Below are positions 40,172 to 48,950 of a stretch of DNA of 64,000 nt, one piece after another. Both the position numbers and the translations under genes were made by a program. The DNA lies in the IMG/VR virus record IMGVR_UViG_3300044733_004038; one strand, 5' to 3'. Each line of letters opens with the position of its first letter. The first letter of the stretch is position 1. The notes under the pieces were generated by a model. The model made no database searches. It saw only the letters and a program-made list of their open reading frames with translations, and was not told the origin of the DNA. The DNA is from an uncultured virus (IMG/VR IMGVR_UViG_3300044733_004038) (lineage: Duplodnaviria; Heunggongvirae; Uroviricota; Caudoviricetes).

Positions 40172-40762
40172 ATGACAACGATAGTTGCAGTAACTGGCAG
40201 TGGCTGGACTGTAGTTGGGTCTGATTCGCGTGTCACTGAAGAAGATGGGCGCGTCTACGTTCTACCTAAAGGTTCAGCCAAGGTCGCGCGGAATCGTGCG
40301 TATCTGCTTGGCGCTGCAGGCGACGTGCGCGCGATCAACATCTTGCAATACGCATTCCGTCCGCCTGACGCTAAGAATTTTGTCGGCACCCGACTTGACA
40401 AATTCATAACGAGCGACTTTGTTCCGTCACTGCGTGCGTGCTTTAACGAGCAAGGTTACACAGCGCCTTCACCCAACAAAGATCATTCAGATGAGTCTGG
40501 ATCAATAATACTGGCTGCAGTCAATGGTGCGGTGTACGTCATCGGAGAAGACTACTCGTGGGTTAAAGACACAAGTGGCATCTACGGCCTTGGCACTGGA
40601 AGTCCATACGCGCTCGGTGTGCTGTACGCTCTTCTTCCAGAAGGTGCGGACAACATAGATAAAGCTAAGGCTGCGGTCAAGACTGCGCTTACTGTTGCGG
40701 CAAGGTTGGACGCAAACACGAGCGCGCCGTTCAACATACAAGTTCAGAGCGGGCCGGTTTAG
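40172..40762 (+). CDS. Ntn-hydrolase, proteasome beta-subunit/HslV-like protease
   Basis: N-terminal M-T-T-I, DSR, K33-equivalent, GAAGD, GTGSPYA and D..T. Confidence 0.85.
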   Translation: MTTIVAVTGSGWTVVGSDSRVTEEDGRVYVLPKGSAKVARNRAYLLGAAGDVRAINILQYAFRPPDAKNFVGTRLDKFITSDFVPSLRACFNEQGYTAPSPNKDHSDESGSIILAAVNGAVYVIGEDYSWVKDTSGIYGLGTGSPYALGVLYALLPEGADNIDKAKAAVKTALTVAARLDANTSAPFNIQVQSGPV

Positions 40763-40825
40763 TTCCAGAGAATGTAATATATAAAATAAGAAAAGTAAGA
40801 CACAATACAAACTACAAAGGAGAAA

Positions 40826-40933
40826 ATGATGAGAATAGATATAGAGTTCTACAATACTGCCGCTGCGGTTGCTTGGGCAGTCGCGGTGTTCTTAATCGCC
40901 GGTATGTCGATATCGCGCAAGCGTGGTCGATAA
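40826..40933 (+). CDS. Small single-TM protein (35 aa)
   Basis: AAAGGAG RBS after a repeat promoter. Confidence 0.55.
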   Translation: MMRIDIEFYNTAAAVAWAVAVFLIAGMSISRKRGR

Positions 40934-41142
40934 TGAGAGTTGTTCAAGCTATGTTTCAAGCTATCATTGCGAGCTTCTTCGCGGTAGCTGGCTGGTCTCT
41001 GTGGAAAGAACGCGGTGAACTAAATCGTCGTGCTAAGTACGGCGATCGCGTAATAGTCAGAAGCTCAGAGGCTGACGACAGAAAAGCATCATGGGAAAGT
41101 ATCATGCGTGCAACTGACGAATCATACAGGAGCTCACGATGA
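40933..41142 (+). CDS. Small membrane protein
   Basis: TAATG-coupled, N-terminal TM helix. Confidence 0.6.
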   Translation: MRVVQAMFQAIIASFFAVAGWSLWKERGELNRRAKYGDRVIVRSSEADDRKASWESIMRATDESYRSSR

Positions 41143-42383
41143 AAGTAAAAAATAAGTTTGCAATTGTGGCGGCGATAGTTGCCGTCGTAATCGCCTTAAT
41201 CTATGGAAATGCGGAAGCCGTTGCTACAGCTCAGTGGAATATTGATCGCATTGATCAACGCTCACTGCCGTTGAACAAAGACGTTTCGCTGGCGCTTAAT
41301 GGTCAAGGCGTCACTGTCTACGTAGTTGACAGTGGCATACTCTCGTCGCATGAAGAGTTTACAGGCAGAATTCGTGCGGGTTTCACTAAAATTCTTGATG
41401 GGCGAGGAACTGAGGACTGCTACGGACATGGCACTCATGTCGCCGGCGTAGTCGGCGGGTCAACCTACGGCGTAGCGCCAAAGGTGACTCTTGTCCCTGT
41501 GCGGGTCACAGACTGTAGTGGTAATGGTTGGACGTCTGACATGATCGCGGGCATCGACTGGGCAGTAGCAGATCACAAGACTGGCGAGCCTGCAGTCATG
41601 AATATCAGCATGAGTGGAAACTTGTCATCAAAAGTAAATGCTGCGGTCGATCGCGCGATTGCAGATGGAATTGTAGTAGTTACTGCAGCCGGCAACAACA
41701 ATAAGGACGCGTGCAGTTACTCGCCGGGGTCTACTCCAAGCGCGATCAACGTTGCGGCGAGTGATGAAAACGACGCTAGGTGGTCATGGGCTAACTACGG
41801 CAAGTGTGTTGACATATTTGCTCCAGGCGCAAACGTGCTGTCAGCGTGGGCTACGTCGCCAACAGCGTCTAAAACTCTTAAAGGTACGTCACACGCGGCG
41901 CCACACGTCACCGGCGTCGCGGCGTTAGCGCTACAGAATAGTCCAGCGCTGTCTGTAACTGACGTTACTTCGTTGATTGTGAGTTCTGCCACCAGCGATG
42001 CGATTACTGACGCTGGCGTGGGTTCTCCAAACAAGTTGCTGTACGCTCCATTGTCTGGGTCTAGTTCTGCGCCTGCGGTGACAACAACAACTTCAACAAC
42101 AATTGTCAAAGAGATCGACAATGGGACTGAAGTGCCGTCGTCTACTTCTGTAACAGTTGCGGTGACGAAAACTTCAGAAGGCTACGAGATCGCAGTTGAA
42201 TCTTCGCTCCCCGGAACAAAGATGCAAATTAGCGCACTAGCAAAAGCTAAGTCATCCTTTACTTGGACGAAGACTTCTTCAGCCAGCGGTGCGGTAAAGT
42301 TCACGACGACTAGAAACCTAAGTGGGTATAATGTAATCGTACTTGTAGGTGGAGCGCCGTACAGCTCGATTGCAGTTGGATAG
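41139..42383 (+). CDS. Secreted S8 subtilisin (proteinase K/aqualysin-like)
   Basis: Catalytic VVDSG, HGTHVAG, AAGN and GTSHAAPHV; signal peptide; PNKLLY. Confidence 0.93.
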   Translation: MKVKNKFAIVAAIVAVVIALIYGNAEAVATAQWNIDRIDQRSLPLNKDVSLALNGQGVTVYVVDSGILSSHEEFTGRIRAGFTKILDGRGTEDCYGHGTHVAGVVGGSTYGVAPKVTLVPVRVTDCSGNGWTSDMIAGIDWAVADHKTGEPAVMNISMSGNLSSKVNAAVDRAIADGIVVVTAAGNNNKDACSYSPGSTPSAINVAASDENDARWSWANYGKCVDIFAPGANVLSAWATSPTASKTLKGTSHAAPHVTGVAALALQNSPALSVTDVTSLIVSSATSDAITDAGVGSPNKLLYAPLSGSSSAPAVTTTTSTTIVKEIDNGTEVPSSTSVTVAVTKTSEGYEIAVESSLPGTKMQISALAKAKSSFTWTKTSSASGAVKFTTTRNLSGYNVIVLVGGAPYSSIAVG

Positions 42384-42552
42384 TGCTCGCGGCTGTCAAA
42401 CGCGCAATGCTGTGGCTGTGGCAGCCGGCGCCTCGAGCGAGGCTAGAAGAAGAAAAAGAAGAAGATCTGTGGTGGTTTTACATAAAGTAATCACTTGTTT
42501 AAGTTTCCAGAGTTTGTTATAATTAACTTGTCAACTACGAAAGGACAAACAA

Positions 42553-42957
42553 ATGACAGCAGTAAGCAGATCACTTGCGCAGGAAATTACTAACGAGCTT
42601 GAAAAAGCTGCAGTGGCAATCTTCGCAAAACATGGTCTCGAGCGAGGCAAAGTCTCCATAAAGTACGGACAACTTTACTCACTCAAGATTGAAGCTCAGC
42701 CAGTCGAGACTGGACCAAATGGAGTCAATCTCGCTTCAGTAGAAGCGACAGATTACATTCGTTTTGGTTCGATGTACGACTTGCCGGAAGGTCTTCTTGG
42801 AAAGACTTTCTCAGTCAATGGAAAAGAGTATGCGTTTGCGGGTATCGCGGCTTCGCGGTCGAAGTACCCAATTTACGTACGTGAGGTTGCGACTGGGAAG
42901 CATTCATTCTTCCAAGAATCAGTCAAGCGTTACTTCACCCCAGTAGGGGTGAAGTAA
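42553..42957 (+). CDS. Cassette hypothetical protein
   Basis: Repeat promoter and RBS; RSKYPI motif. Confidence 0.75.
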   Translation: MTAVSRSLAQEITNELEKAAVAIFAKHGLERGKVSIKYGQLYSLKIEAQPVETGPNGVNLASVEATDYIRFGSMYDLPEGLLGKTFSVNGKEYAFAGIAASRSKYPIYVREVATGKHSFFQESVKRYFTPVGVK

Positions 42958-43196
42958 TGCGCATCGCTAAGCAGCAGCATTGGATGCAGCATGCGGCGTG
43001 CGCCGGCAAAGGAGATTTGTTCCATAACGAGAAATCGCGTATAGTCACGCGGCAGGCCAAGGTCGTCTGCGCTGGGTGCTTAGTCAGGCAGGAGTGTTTG
43101 GACTACGCGCTAGACAACGAACAGATCGGCGTCTGGGGCGGACTTACTGGTAATGAGCGGCGTAGGCTGCGGCGCACTGCACGCCGAACTCGTTAA
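42957..43196 (+). CDS. whiB: WhiB family transcription factor
   Basis: W..HAAC...VCAGCLVRQEC...GVWGGLTGNERR. Confidence 0.92.
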   Translation: MRIAKQQHWMQHAACAGKGDLFHNEKSRIVTRQAKVVCAGCLVRQECLDYALDNEQIGVWGGLTGNERRRLRRTARRTR

Positions 43197-43264
43197 GTCA
43201 GTCGCAGAATCTATCTGGAGAACGTGGTATACTTAACAACTACTATTGTCTAAAAGGAGTACCA

Positions 43265-43465
43265 ATGAACGAAGCAGCCGCAGAAGAAGAGGAAAGCGGT
43301 GGCGCTACAGATCGCAACGAGCGCTTGCCAAAACGAAAAGATAAATGGAAATGCCCAAAGTGTGGCGAGACTGTCATTCTTCATGTGAAAGTATCTGAGC
43401 CGCCAGTGTGCCACAATCCGAAAGAGCACACGTCAACTGGAGTGGCCATGGAACTAGTTAAGTGA
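43265..43465 (+). CDS. Zinc-ribbon protein
   Basis: WKCPKCG...C....H. Confidence 0.7.
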   Translation: MNEAAAEEEESGGATDRNERLPKRKDKWKCPKCGETVILHVKVSEPPVCHNPKEHTSTGVAMELVK

Positions 43466-43647
43466 TCGATGGTTCAATCGATGTTGTATGGCGTCTTCTT
43501 GCGCTGGCAGAACGCAATGGACTTGGTCCGTCCGCGCCTGTGATGAGAAACGCAGCTGAAGAGATACAAATGCTGCGGACTAAAGTTGAAAGCCTAAATC
43601 AAGAACTCGAGCGCGTGCGGACTGAACGCAACTTTGGCGCGGTGTAA
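43462..43647 (+). CDS. Coiled-coil hypothetical protein
   Basis: AAEEIQMLR motif, GTGA-coupled. Confidence 0.6.
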   Translation: MIDGSIDVVWRLLALAERNGLGPSAPVMRNAAEEIQMLRTKVESLNQELERVRTERNFGAV

Positions 43648-43691
43648 ATAAATAGCCAGCCGGTTTTTAGTCGGCTGGCCGATTATTTATT
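43646..43691. terminator. Bidirectional terminator
   Basis: AAATAAATA-GCCAGCCGG/TCGGCTGGC-TATTTATTT between convergent genes. Confidence 0.7.
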
Positions 43692-43693
43692 TG

Positions 43694-43945
43694 TTATTTG
43701 CTGTGAAGCGCGGCGTCGATGCGCGGATTATTTTTGAGCAAGTCGACGATGAAGTCGCAGTTGGCAGCGAGGTATTCGTAGTACTCGTTGCTGTTGACGC
43801 TGTTTACGCAGTAGCTGTCGATGCCGTTTAGGTTGCCGATGTGCGATATGGCGTACGGGTCGCCGTAGTAGTTAAACGTGACAGTAGTCAAGTATTCAGG
43901 TTCGTGATGGATGTTGATTATTTGGTGTGTTTGTATGTTTGTCAT
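43694..43945 (-). CDS. Leaderless cassette protein
   Basis: Minus-strand repeat promoter, ATG 6 nt downstream; MTNIQTHQII... Confidence 0.7.
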   Translation of the reverse strand: MTNIQTHQIINIHHEPEYLTTVTFNYYGDPYAISHIGNLNGIDSYCVNSVNSNEYYEYLAANCDFIVDLLKNNPRIDAALHSK

Positions 43946-44022
43946 GTAATCAATATAACAACTCTGGAAACTGGAGTTAGCCAGCCGGTTTGGCCGGCTG
44001 GCTGACTTACCATTTACGAAGA

Positions 44023-44271
44023 TTAAACTTCGTAAGCTAGAGCGTATCCCTTGTCTCGCTTTGCGTACACTTTTTCGTACGCGGCTGACATTGCTGCTTG
44101 GCCTGAGTGATACACTTGCACGCTTGACTGGCGGTTGATCTTCTCTGCCATGCCCCACGAGCAACGCAACACTGAACCATCTGCGATTACCTCGTAGACT
44201 TTCTTCTTGCCATTCTGACCTCGTCCCATTGGGCCGATGTCGCTTCCTTTAAGCAAGCACCATTTTTTCAT
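44023..44271 (-). CDS. WGR-domain-like protein
   Basis: KKVYEV...CSWGM...Q...AYEKVYAKRDKGY; repeat promoter and RBS. Confidence 0.7.
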   Translation of the reverse strand: MKKWCLLKGSDIGPMGRGQNGKKKVYEVIADGSVLRCSWGMAEKINRQSSVQVYHSGQAAMSAAYEKVYAKRDKGYALAYEV

Positions 44272-44413
44272 TTTCGTCCTTTCGTCGTTACCAGCGTTGT
44301 GCTGATGAGATAAATATATCATCTCCGGAACTAGAGCGGACTCTGACTAAGCCGGCCTACGACTTCAGTTCCGGAGATGATACATTGTATCTATCAACGA
44401 CGAAAGGATGAGC

Positions 44414-44584
44414 ATGAGAACGTTAAATGACGCTCTCGTCGAGGTACAGATCGGTATCCAAGACGCGAAAGCCGATTACCCGGATCTGGGCGAAGACGAC
44501 ATCGTTGCGGAGGTAGTTCGCAATGTCGCGTCATCGTATCCGATGACAATCGCGTGCGAGCTGCTTCGACGCTACGGGCATTGA
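44414..44584 (+). CDS. Cassette hypothetical protein (56 aa)
   Basis: Repeat promoter and GAAAGGA; MRTLNDALVEVQIGIQDAKADYP... Confidence 0.65.
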   Translation: MRTLNDALVEVQIGIQDAKADYPDLGEDDIVAEVVRNVASSYPMTIACELLRRYGH

Positions 44585-44649
44585 TTCCAGAGAAGTTAAT
44601 ATAATTCTGTCAGCCAAAATGGTTGGCACTTACGAAAGGACGAAATGAA

Positions 44650-44874
44650 ATGGCAATGACAGACGAAGCACTCTCGACTGTTCGAGAGAGCAAAGGCGCG
44701 TTCAGAGGTTACATGCTCTACGGCAAAACCCTTGAACTTTGGTTCGCAAGCCCGACTGGTGACTCGAGCGATTCCGTCATTTTAAAGATGGAATGCGAAA
44801 GCAACGAGCAGGCTGCGGACATCGCGGCGGTACATCAACGTGTCTGGGGTCACTCAAACTCGTACGCTTATTAG
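44650..44874 (+). CDS. Cassette hypothetical protein
   Basis: Repeat promoter and RBS; SPTGDSSDS. Confidence 0.7.
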   Translation: MAMTDEALSTVRESKGAFRGYMLYGKTLELWFASPTGDSSDSVILKMECESNEQAADIAAVHQRVWGHSNSYAY

Positions 44875-44983
44875 TTAGATCGCTGGCGCCCGGGAATCGT
44901 CGCCCGGGCTGCTAAGCTTTAGGGAACTCAGTTCCAAAGAAGTTAAAATAGTACTATCAACTACAATGACGAAGGAGACTTAA

Positions 44984-45241
44984 ATGACGAAAGCACGTAA
45001 AATGTTTTTTGTTGCCCTGGCAGCAGTTGCGGCTGTAGGCTTAGTCAAGGTCGCGCAAGAGAGTGGCAAGTACACTTGCAACTCGCCGGCCGTGACAGTG
45101 CAGGAAGGCCAGACGCTACACGGCATCGCTCAGGCAAATTGCTCAGGCAACGTTGTAAATGCCATGGACGACTTAGTTCTAAACCTTGGCACGTCTACAA
45201 TCTACCCTGGGCAAGAAATTCAGCTGCCAACCCAGGGCTAG
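44984..45241 (+). CDS. Membrane-anchored LysM protein
   Basis: TM helix then VTVQEGQTLHGIA...IYPGQEIQLP. Confidence 0.85.
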   Translation: MTKARKMFFVALAAVAAVGLVKVAQESGKYTCNSPAVTVQEGQTLHGIAQANCSGNVVNAMDDLVLNLGTSTIYPGQEIQLPTQG

Positions 45242-45373
45242 ACTGTCTGCACAGGCACGCACTGCGTTTGTGAGTCACTTCGCCGGCTGGAATTGAAAAG
45301 TGGCTGGCTGAGGTCGTGTAAATGATCTGAGCGGTTGCAATTGTGGTATATTAAAATTGAAAGTGAGGAACAA

Positions 45374-45655
45374 GTGACAAAAAATCAACCAGGAACGTTT
45401 GCGGCTATCTTTTTAAGTTTAGCAATTGCTATTCCACTGATTGTTATTCCGTTTGTTGGAGAAACAAGTCTCGCAGCCGGCATCGTCTTCATCACGAGCC
45501 TTGGGCTGCTGCTGCCAGCGGTGCACTTCGCAACTGTGTGGTCTGTCAAGCGTTTTGCGCAAAAAGATTCAAAAACCTTACTTGGAGTAGTAGCTCCTAA
45601 AAAAGATGCGGATCAAGGTGTACTTTATGACGAAAATGATATACCATCGATCTGA
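45374..45655 (+). CDS. Membrane protein
   Basis: GAGGA RBS with GTG start; two TM helices. Confidence 0.6.
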   Translation: MTKNQPGTFAAIFLSLAIAIPLIVIPFVGETSLAAGIVFITSLGLLLPAVHFATVWSVKRFAQKDSKTLLGVVAPKKDADQGVLYDENDIPSI

Positions 45656-45659
45656 CGCT

Positions 45660-45797
45660 ATGACAAAGGAAGAAGAATGGTCAATGAGTTACTTACAAAG
45701 ACGAAACGCGGAGCTAGAAATAGAGAACGCGTTGCTGAGAAAGAAACTAAATGACTTCAGCCTTATCGAGCGAACTAATGAGTTTGATCGTGAGTAG
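45660..45797 (+). CDS. Small coiled-coil protein
   Basis: LQRRNAELEIENALLRKKL. Confidence 0.5.
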   Translation: MTKEEEWSMSYLQRRNAELEIENALLRKKLNDFSLIERTNEFDRE

Positions 45798-45912
45798 CGA
45801 AATGCTACTCGTCGAGGCGGAGGAGCTTATCGCACGCTCCCGAGCTCAGTTGGCAATGACGCCAACTGACGAGCCAGTGCGGCACAAACAACAAACAACG
45901 AAACGAGGAATA

Positions 45913-46092
45913 ATGTCAACTCCAACTCCACAAGCTGCAGCGCAGCTTTACGCAGAAGGAAAGCCAATTGTAGAAGTAGCTCAAGCTTTGGGCGTAACCT
46001 ACGGCAAGGCCCGTAAACTTATCAATGAAGCAGGCACTCCAGTTCGCGATGCTTCGTCGCGTCTCAAGGGTCGCACTCGCCGCAAGGCCTAA
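45913..46092 (+). CDS. HTH DNA-binding protein
   Basis: GAGGA RBS; LYAEGKPIVEVAQALGVTYGKARKLINEAGTPVR. Confidence 0.8.
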   Translation: MSTPTPQAAAQLYAEGKPIVEVAQALGVTYGKARKLINEAGTPVRDASSRLKGRTRRKA

Positions 46093-46253
46093 TGAACTGG
46101 CGTTCACGTTTTCGTGACGTTATTTGGACGTCGGTAGTGGCAGCAGGCTGCGGAGTAGTCTCAGTCGTTTCTGCCATTGCCGGCGCCAACACACCTGTGC
46201 CGATAGCCTTTGGGTTGGCTGGACTGATTGCTGTACGGTTGAACGATCAGTAG
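46092..46253 (+). CDS. Small membrane protein (53 aa)
   Basis: TAATG-coupled; MNWRSRFRDVIWTSVVAAGCG...; two hydrophobic segments. Confidence 0.6.
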   Translation: MNWRSRFRDVIWTSVVAAGCGVVSVVSAIAGANTPVPIAFGLAGLIAVRLNDQ

Positions 46254-46308
46254 ACTCGAGTTCCAGAGTTTGTATAATGTATATACCAACAACGACAAAA
46301 GGACAAAA

Positions 46309-46677
46309 ATGAAAACGCAACTCAAAACTGACACCTACGAAATCACGCTTACCGACATCGACAACGAAACTGTCAGCTTCGACGCAAAACTGTCACTCGC
46401 CTACTTACTTACAACTAAGTCCGGCATCGACGACCCAACCGAAACCACTGAGTTTTTCAACAACTTCAGCCACGACTACAACGGCAACGTCTTCGACTTC
46501 GTCAATATCGGCTTTTCAGCCGACGAAACACTTAACTACGGCGTACGCTACGACTACGCCGGTTCAGACTTCTGCGACGACTTCGACGACTGCATATCGG
46601 CATTCGGCAAACCAATCATCGACTTCATCGACGCTCACTGCAAACTGCTTAACATTCCCTTCTACCCAAACCGCTAA
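46309..46677 (+). CDS. Highly acidic cassette protein
   Basis: Repeat promoter and RBS; D/F-rich. Confidence 0.75.
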   Translation: MKTQLKTDTYEITLTDIDNETVSFDAKLSLAYLLTTKSGIDDPTETTEFFNNFSHDYNGNVFDFVNIGFSADETLNYGVRYDYAGSDFCDDFDDCISAFGKPIIDFIDAHCKLLNIPFYPNR

Positions 46678-46784
46678 ACTCGAGGTTCGGCCGGCCGGCC
46701 ACAAACTGGCCGGCCACTCGAGTTCCAGAGATGATATATTTATCTTGTCAAGCAAACAAGCCTGACAACGACGAAAGGACAAAA

Positions 46785-47090
46785 ATGAAAACCATGATTA
46801 AACCAGAAATTGGAATGGGAGCATCCGTCTCATTCTGCGCCGACACGATTGCGATGACTGTTATCGCGGTCAGTGAAAACAACAAAACAGTGGTCGCCCA
46901 ACGCGACAACGCTGTTGCAACCGGTGCGCCAATGAGCAATCAGTGGATTATCACACCAAATCCACAAGGCGAAACAATGACGTTCACGCTTCGCGCGAAT
47001 GGCCAGTACGTACTGCAAGGATCCTCGATGAGAGGCGGCCTCAAGCTCTACGTCGGCGAGCGCCACGAATACTACTGCTACGAATTCTAA
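46785..47090 (+). CDS. Cassette hypothetical protein
   Basis: Repeat promoter and RBS; PEIGMGAS...FTLRANG. Confidence 0.75.
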   Translation: MKTMIKPEIGMGASVSFCADTIAMTVIAVSENNKTVVAQRDNAVATGAPMSNQWIITPNPQGETMTFTLRANGQYVLQGSSMRGGLKLYVGERHEYYCYEF

Positions 47091-47225
47091 TTGAATTCGA
47101 GGAGCCGGGCCGGTTGGGGCCCGGCTCTTCAAGCAGTCTTCTCAACTCGAGTTTAGTTGAGCATTTTCCAGAGTTTATATAATTTAATTGTCAAGCAAAC
47201 CCGCTTGGCCCGACTGAAGGACGTT

Positions 47226-47792
47226 ATGACAATTACTGCCGTAGACACACTTCGCCACATGGCGACTCCAAAGCAGATCAGCTTTGTCCGCGACTTGCTC
47301 GCAACCCGAGAGGTTGACGCGGATACTGCGGAGCACATTGAAGACACGATCTCTGCTGGCCACTACACAAAGTCGCACGCAAGCTCGGACATCAGCTCGT
47401 TTCTGGCGCTGCCTAAGCGCGTGAAAGCGACCGGCGGAATGCAGACACTTCTCGCAAGCGTGCCGAAATCAAAGTACGCAATCCCTGCGGACGAACTCGA
47501 GCTGTCGTCAGTCAAAGTAGCAAATGACTTGCTTTTTGTTGAGATCAAAGAGTACATGAACACTCTCTACATTCGCACGCTCCATGGAGCTCCGGGCGCG
47601 TTTAACCGCGGCAAGCTTACAGCGGAGCAGACTAAAGAAGTCGTCGCAATTCTCTCGGTTGATCCGTACAAGTACACGCAACTCTTCGGCAAGCACTACT
47701 CGTGCTGCGGTTCATGTGGAGCTGAGCTCACAGATGTTCGCTCTCGTGAGTTGCAACTTGGACCTGAGTGTCGAAAAAAGTTTGGATTCTAA
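47226..47792 (+). CDS. DUF6011-like zinc-finger protein
   Basis: ATPKQISF N-terminus; CGSCGAELTDVRSRELQLGPEC. Confidence 0.8.
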   Translation: MTITAVDTLRHMATPKQISFVRDLLATREVDADTAEHIEDTISAGHYTKSHASSDISSFLALPKRVKATGGMQTLLASVPKSKYAIPADELELSSVKVANDLLFVEIKEYMNTLYIRTLHGAPGAFNRGKLTAEQTKEVVAILSVDPYKYTQLFGKHYSCCGSCGAELTDVRSRELQLGPECRKKFGF

Positions 47793-47826
47793 AGCAGTGT
47801 ATAATGAACTAACAAAGGAGACAGAA

Positions 47827-48012
47827 ATGAAAGAACCAGAAATGTACAAGGTTACGACAATCACGCGTGATGGTAAGTCCATCGTCGCGTATGTCACTCC
47901 TGAGCGTCGCGTTTCATACGCTCGTTCAATGAGAGAAGAGTACGGCAGCTCGGTTACGGTAGAGTCTGCGTCACTTGAAGAAATTCAAGCGATGGAAGAA
48001 ACCAACATCTAG
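47827..48012 (+). CDS. Hypothetical protein
   Basis: AAAGGAG RBS after a degenerate repeat promoter. Confidence 0.65.
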   Translation: MKEPEMYKVTTITRDGKSIVAYVTPERRVSYARSMREEYGSSVTVESASLEEIQAMEETNI

Positions 48013-48079
48013 CATCGCGCTGAATAAAGTCGTAGCAATCCCGCTACGCAAAAAGACAAAATGACAAGGAGAAATAATA

Positions 48080-48421
48080 ATGTGGGTATTTACACAGACA
48101 GGCTTTTTAAGTGCGGTTCGCCACCGCGAAGATGCAGACGCGCTCGTAGTGCGTGCTCGAGATCTCGAGTCGATTCAGGCAATTGCAGACTTTGCAGAAG
48201 CTGACATCATCACGCATGCAGGTTCAGACTACCCGTATCGTGTCTTCATCAAAGACGAGTCTTGGCAAAAGTTCTTGCTCAATGCGGTTGAAGAACTTGA
48301 CTACGACAACTACAAAAACAGAATGCATCATCTGCGTGATGACAGATTCTGCAACGCGCTGTCCAGCGTGTGGTCAGTAATGCTTAGAACAGAAGACCTT
48401 GACGTAAACTCGAGACGCTAA
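48080..48421 (+). CDS. Conserved hypothetical protein (MWxFTxxGFxSAV family)
   Basis: LVVRAR, DYPYR and LDYDNYK motifs. Confidence 0.75.
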   Translation: MWVFTQTGFLSAVRHREDADALVVRARDLESIQAIADFAEADIITHAGSDYPYRVFIKDESWQKFLLNAVEELDYDNYKNRMHHLRDDRFCNALSSVWSVMLRTEDLDVNSRR

Positions 48422-48422
48422 C

Positions 48423-48950
48423 ATGCGGACGTCTACCAAGGTGACAATTGGTGCTGCCGTTTGCTACTCTTTGACTTCTTTTAGTTTAAGCGTGACATTT
48501 GGTGAGCCTGCGGATCTGCAGCCAGTTCGTGTAGAAATCGCAACAGAAACTACGCCTTCAAGCGTGGCGCCTGCTGTCGAGATTGATGCGGCGCCAGTTA
48601 CTAGCACTTCAGTTGCAGAAAGCTCGATAAAGGCGCTGTCAGTAGAGTCAAGTAGACGCTGCCCGGAATTTGAGCCGCTGTTTGCTGAGGCAGGTTTGCC
48701 AGTTGAACAGTTTTCATTCATCGCTTGGCGCGAGTCAAGATGCACTCCAACTGCGTACAACAGCACTCTCAACAGAGACAAGTCAAGAGACTACGGGCTG
48801 CTGCAGATCAACTCAACTTGGAAAACAGTGACTATGCAGATCTGCGGACAGCCGTTTGGGCACTTGGACGTTCTGTTCGCTGTCGAGTGCAACATCGCTG
48901 TTGCAAAGTATCTGTACAACAACGGTGGTCTTGGTCACTGGAGTCTTTAG
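48423..48950 (+). CDS. Secreted lytic transglycosylase (SLT-like)
   Basis: IAWRESRC, DYGLLQINS and CNIAVAKYLY...GLGHW. Confidence 0.82.
   Translation: MRTSTKVTIGAAVCYSLTSFSLSVTFGEPADLQPVRVEIATETTPSSVAPAVEIDAAPVTSTSVAESSIKALSVESSRRCPEFEPLFAEAGLPVEQFSFIAWRESRCTPTAYNSTLNRDKSRDYGLLQINSTWKTVTMQICGQPFGHLDVLFAVECNIAVAKYLYNNGGLGHWSL

Noticed and set aside
30454..47792. Long N-terminal extensions such as FQSLYN in track ORFs (30454, 31610, 38260, 38384, 47157)
   Set aside because: They are translations of the promoter repeat; real starts lie downstream
29229..47805. CRISPR array interpretation of the repeats
   Set aside because: Spacing is hundreds of bp and gene-filled, the repeats contain -10 boxes, and no cas genes are present
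29229..47805. True integron with attC sites
   Set aside because: No GTTRRRY/RYYYAAC attC palindromes were recognised and there is no integrase in the window; kept only as an analogy
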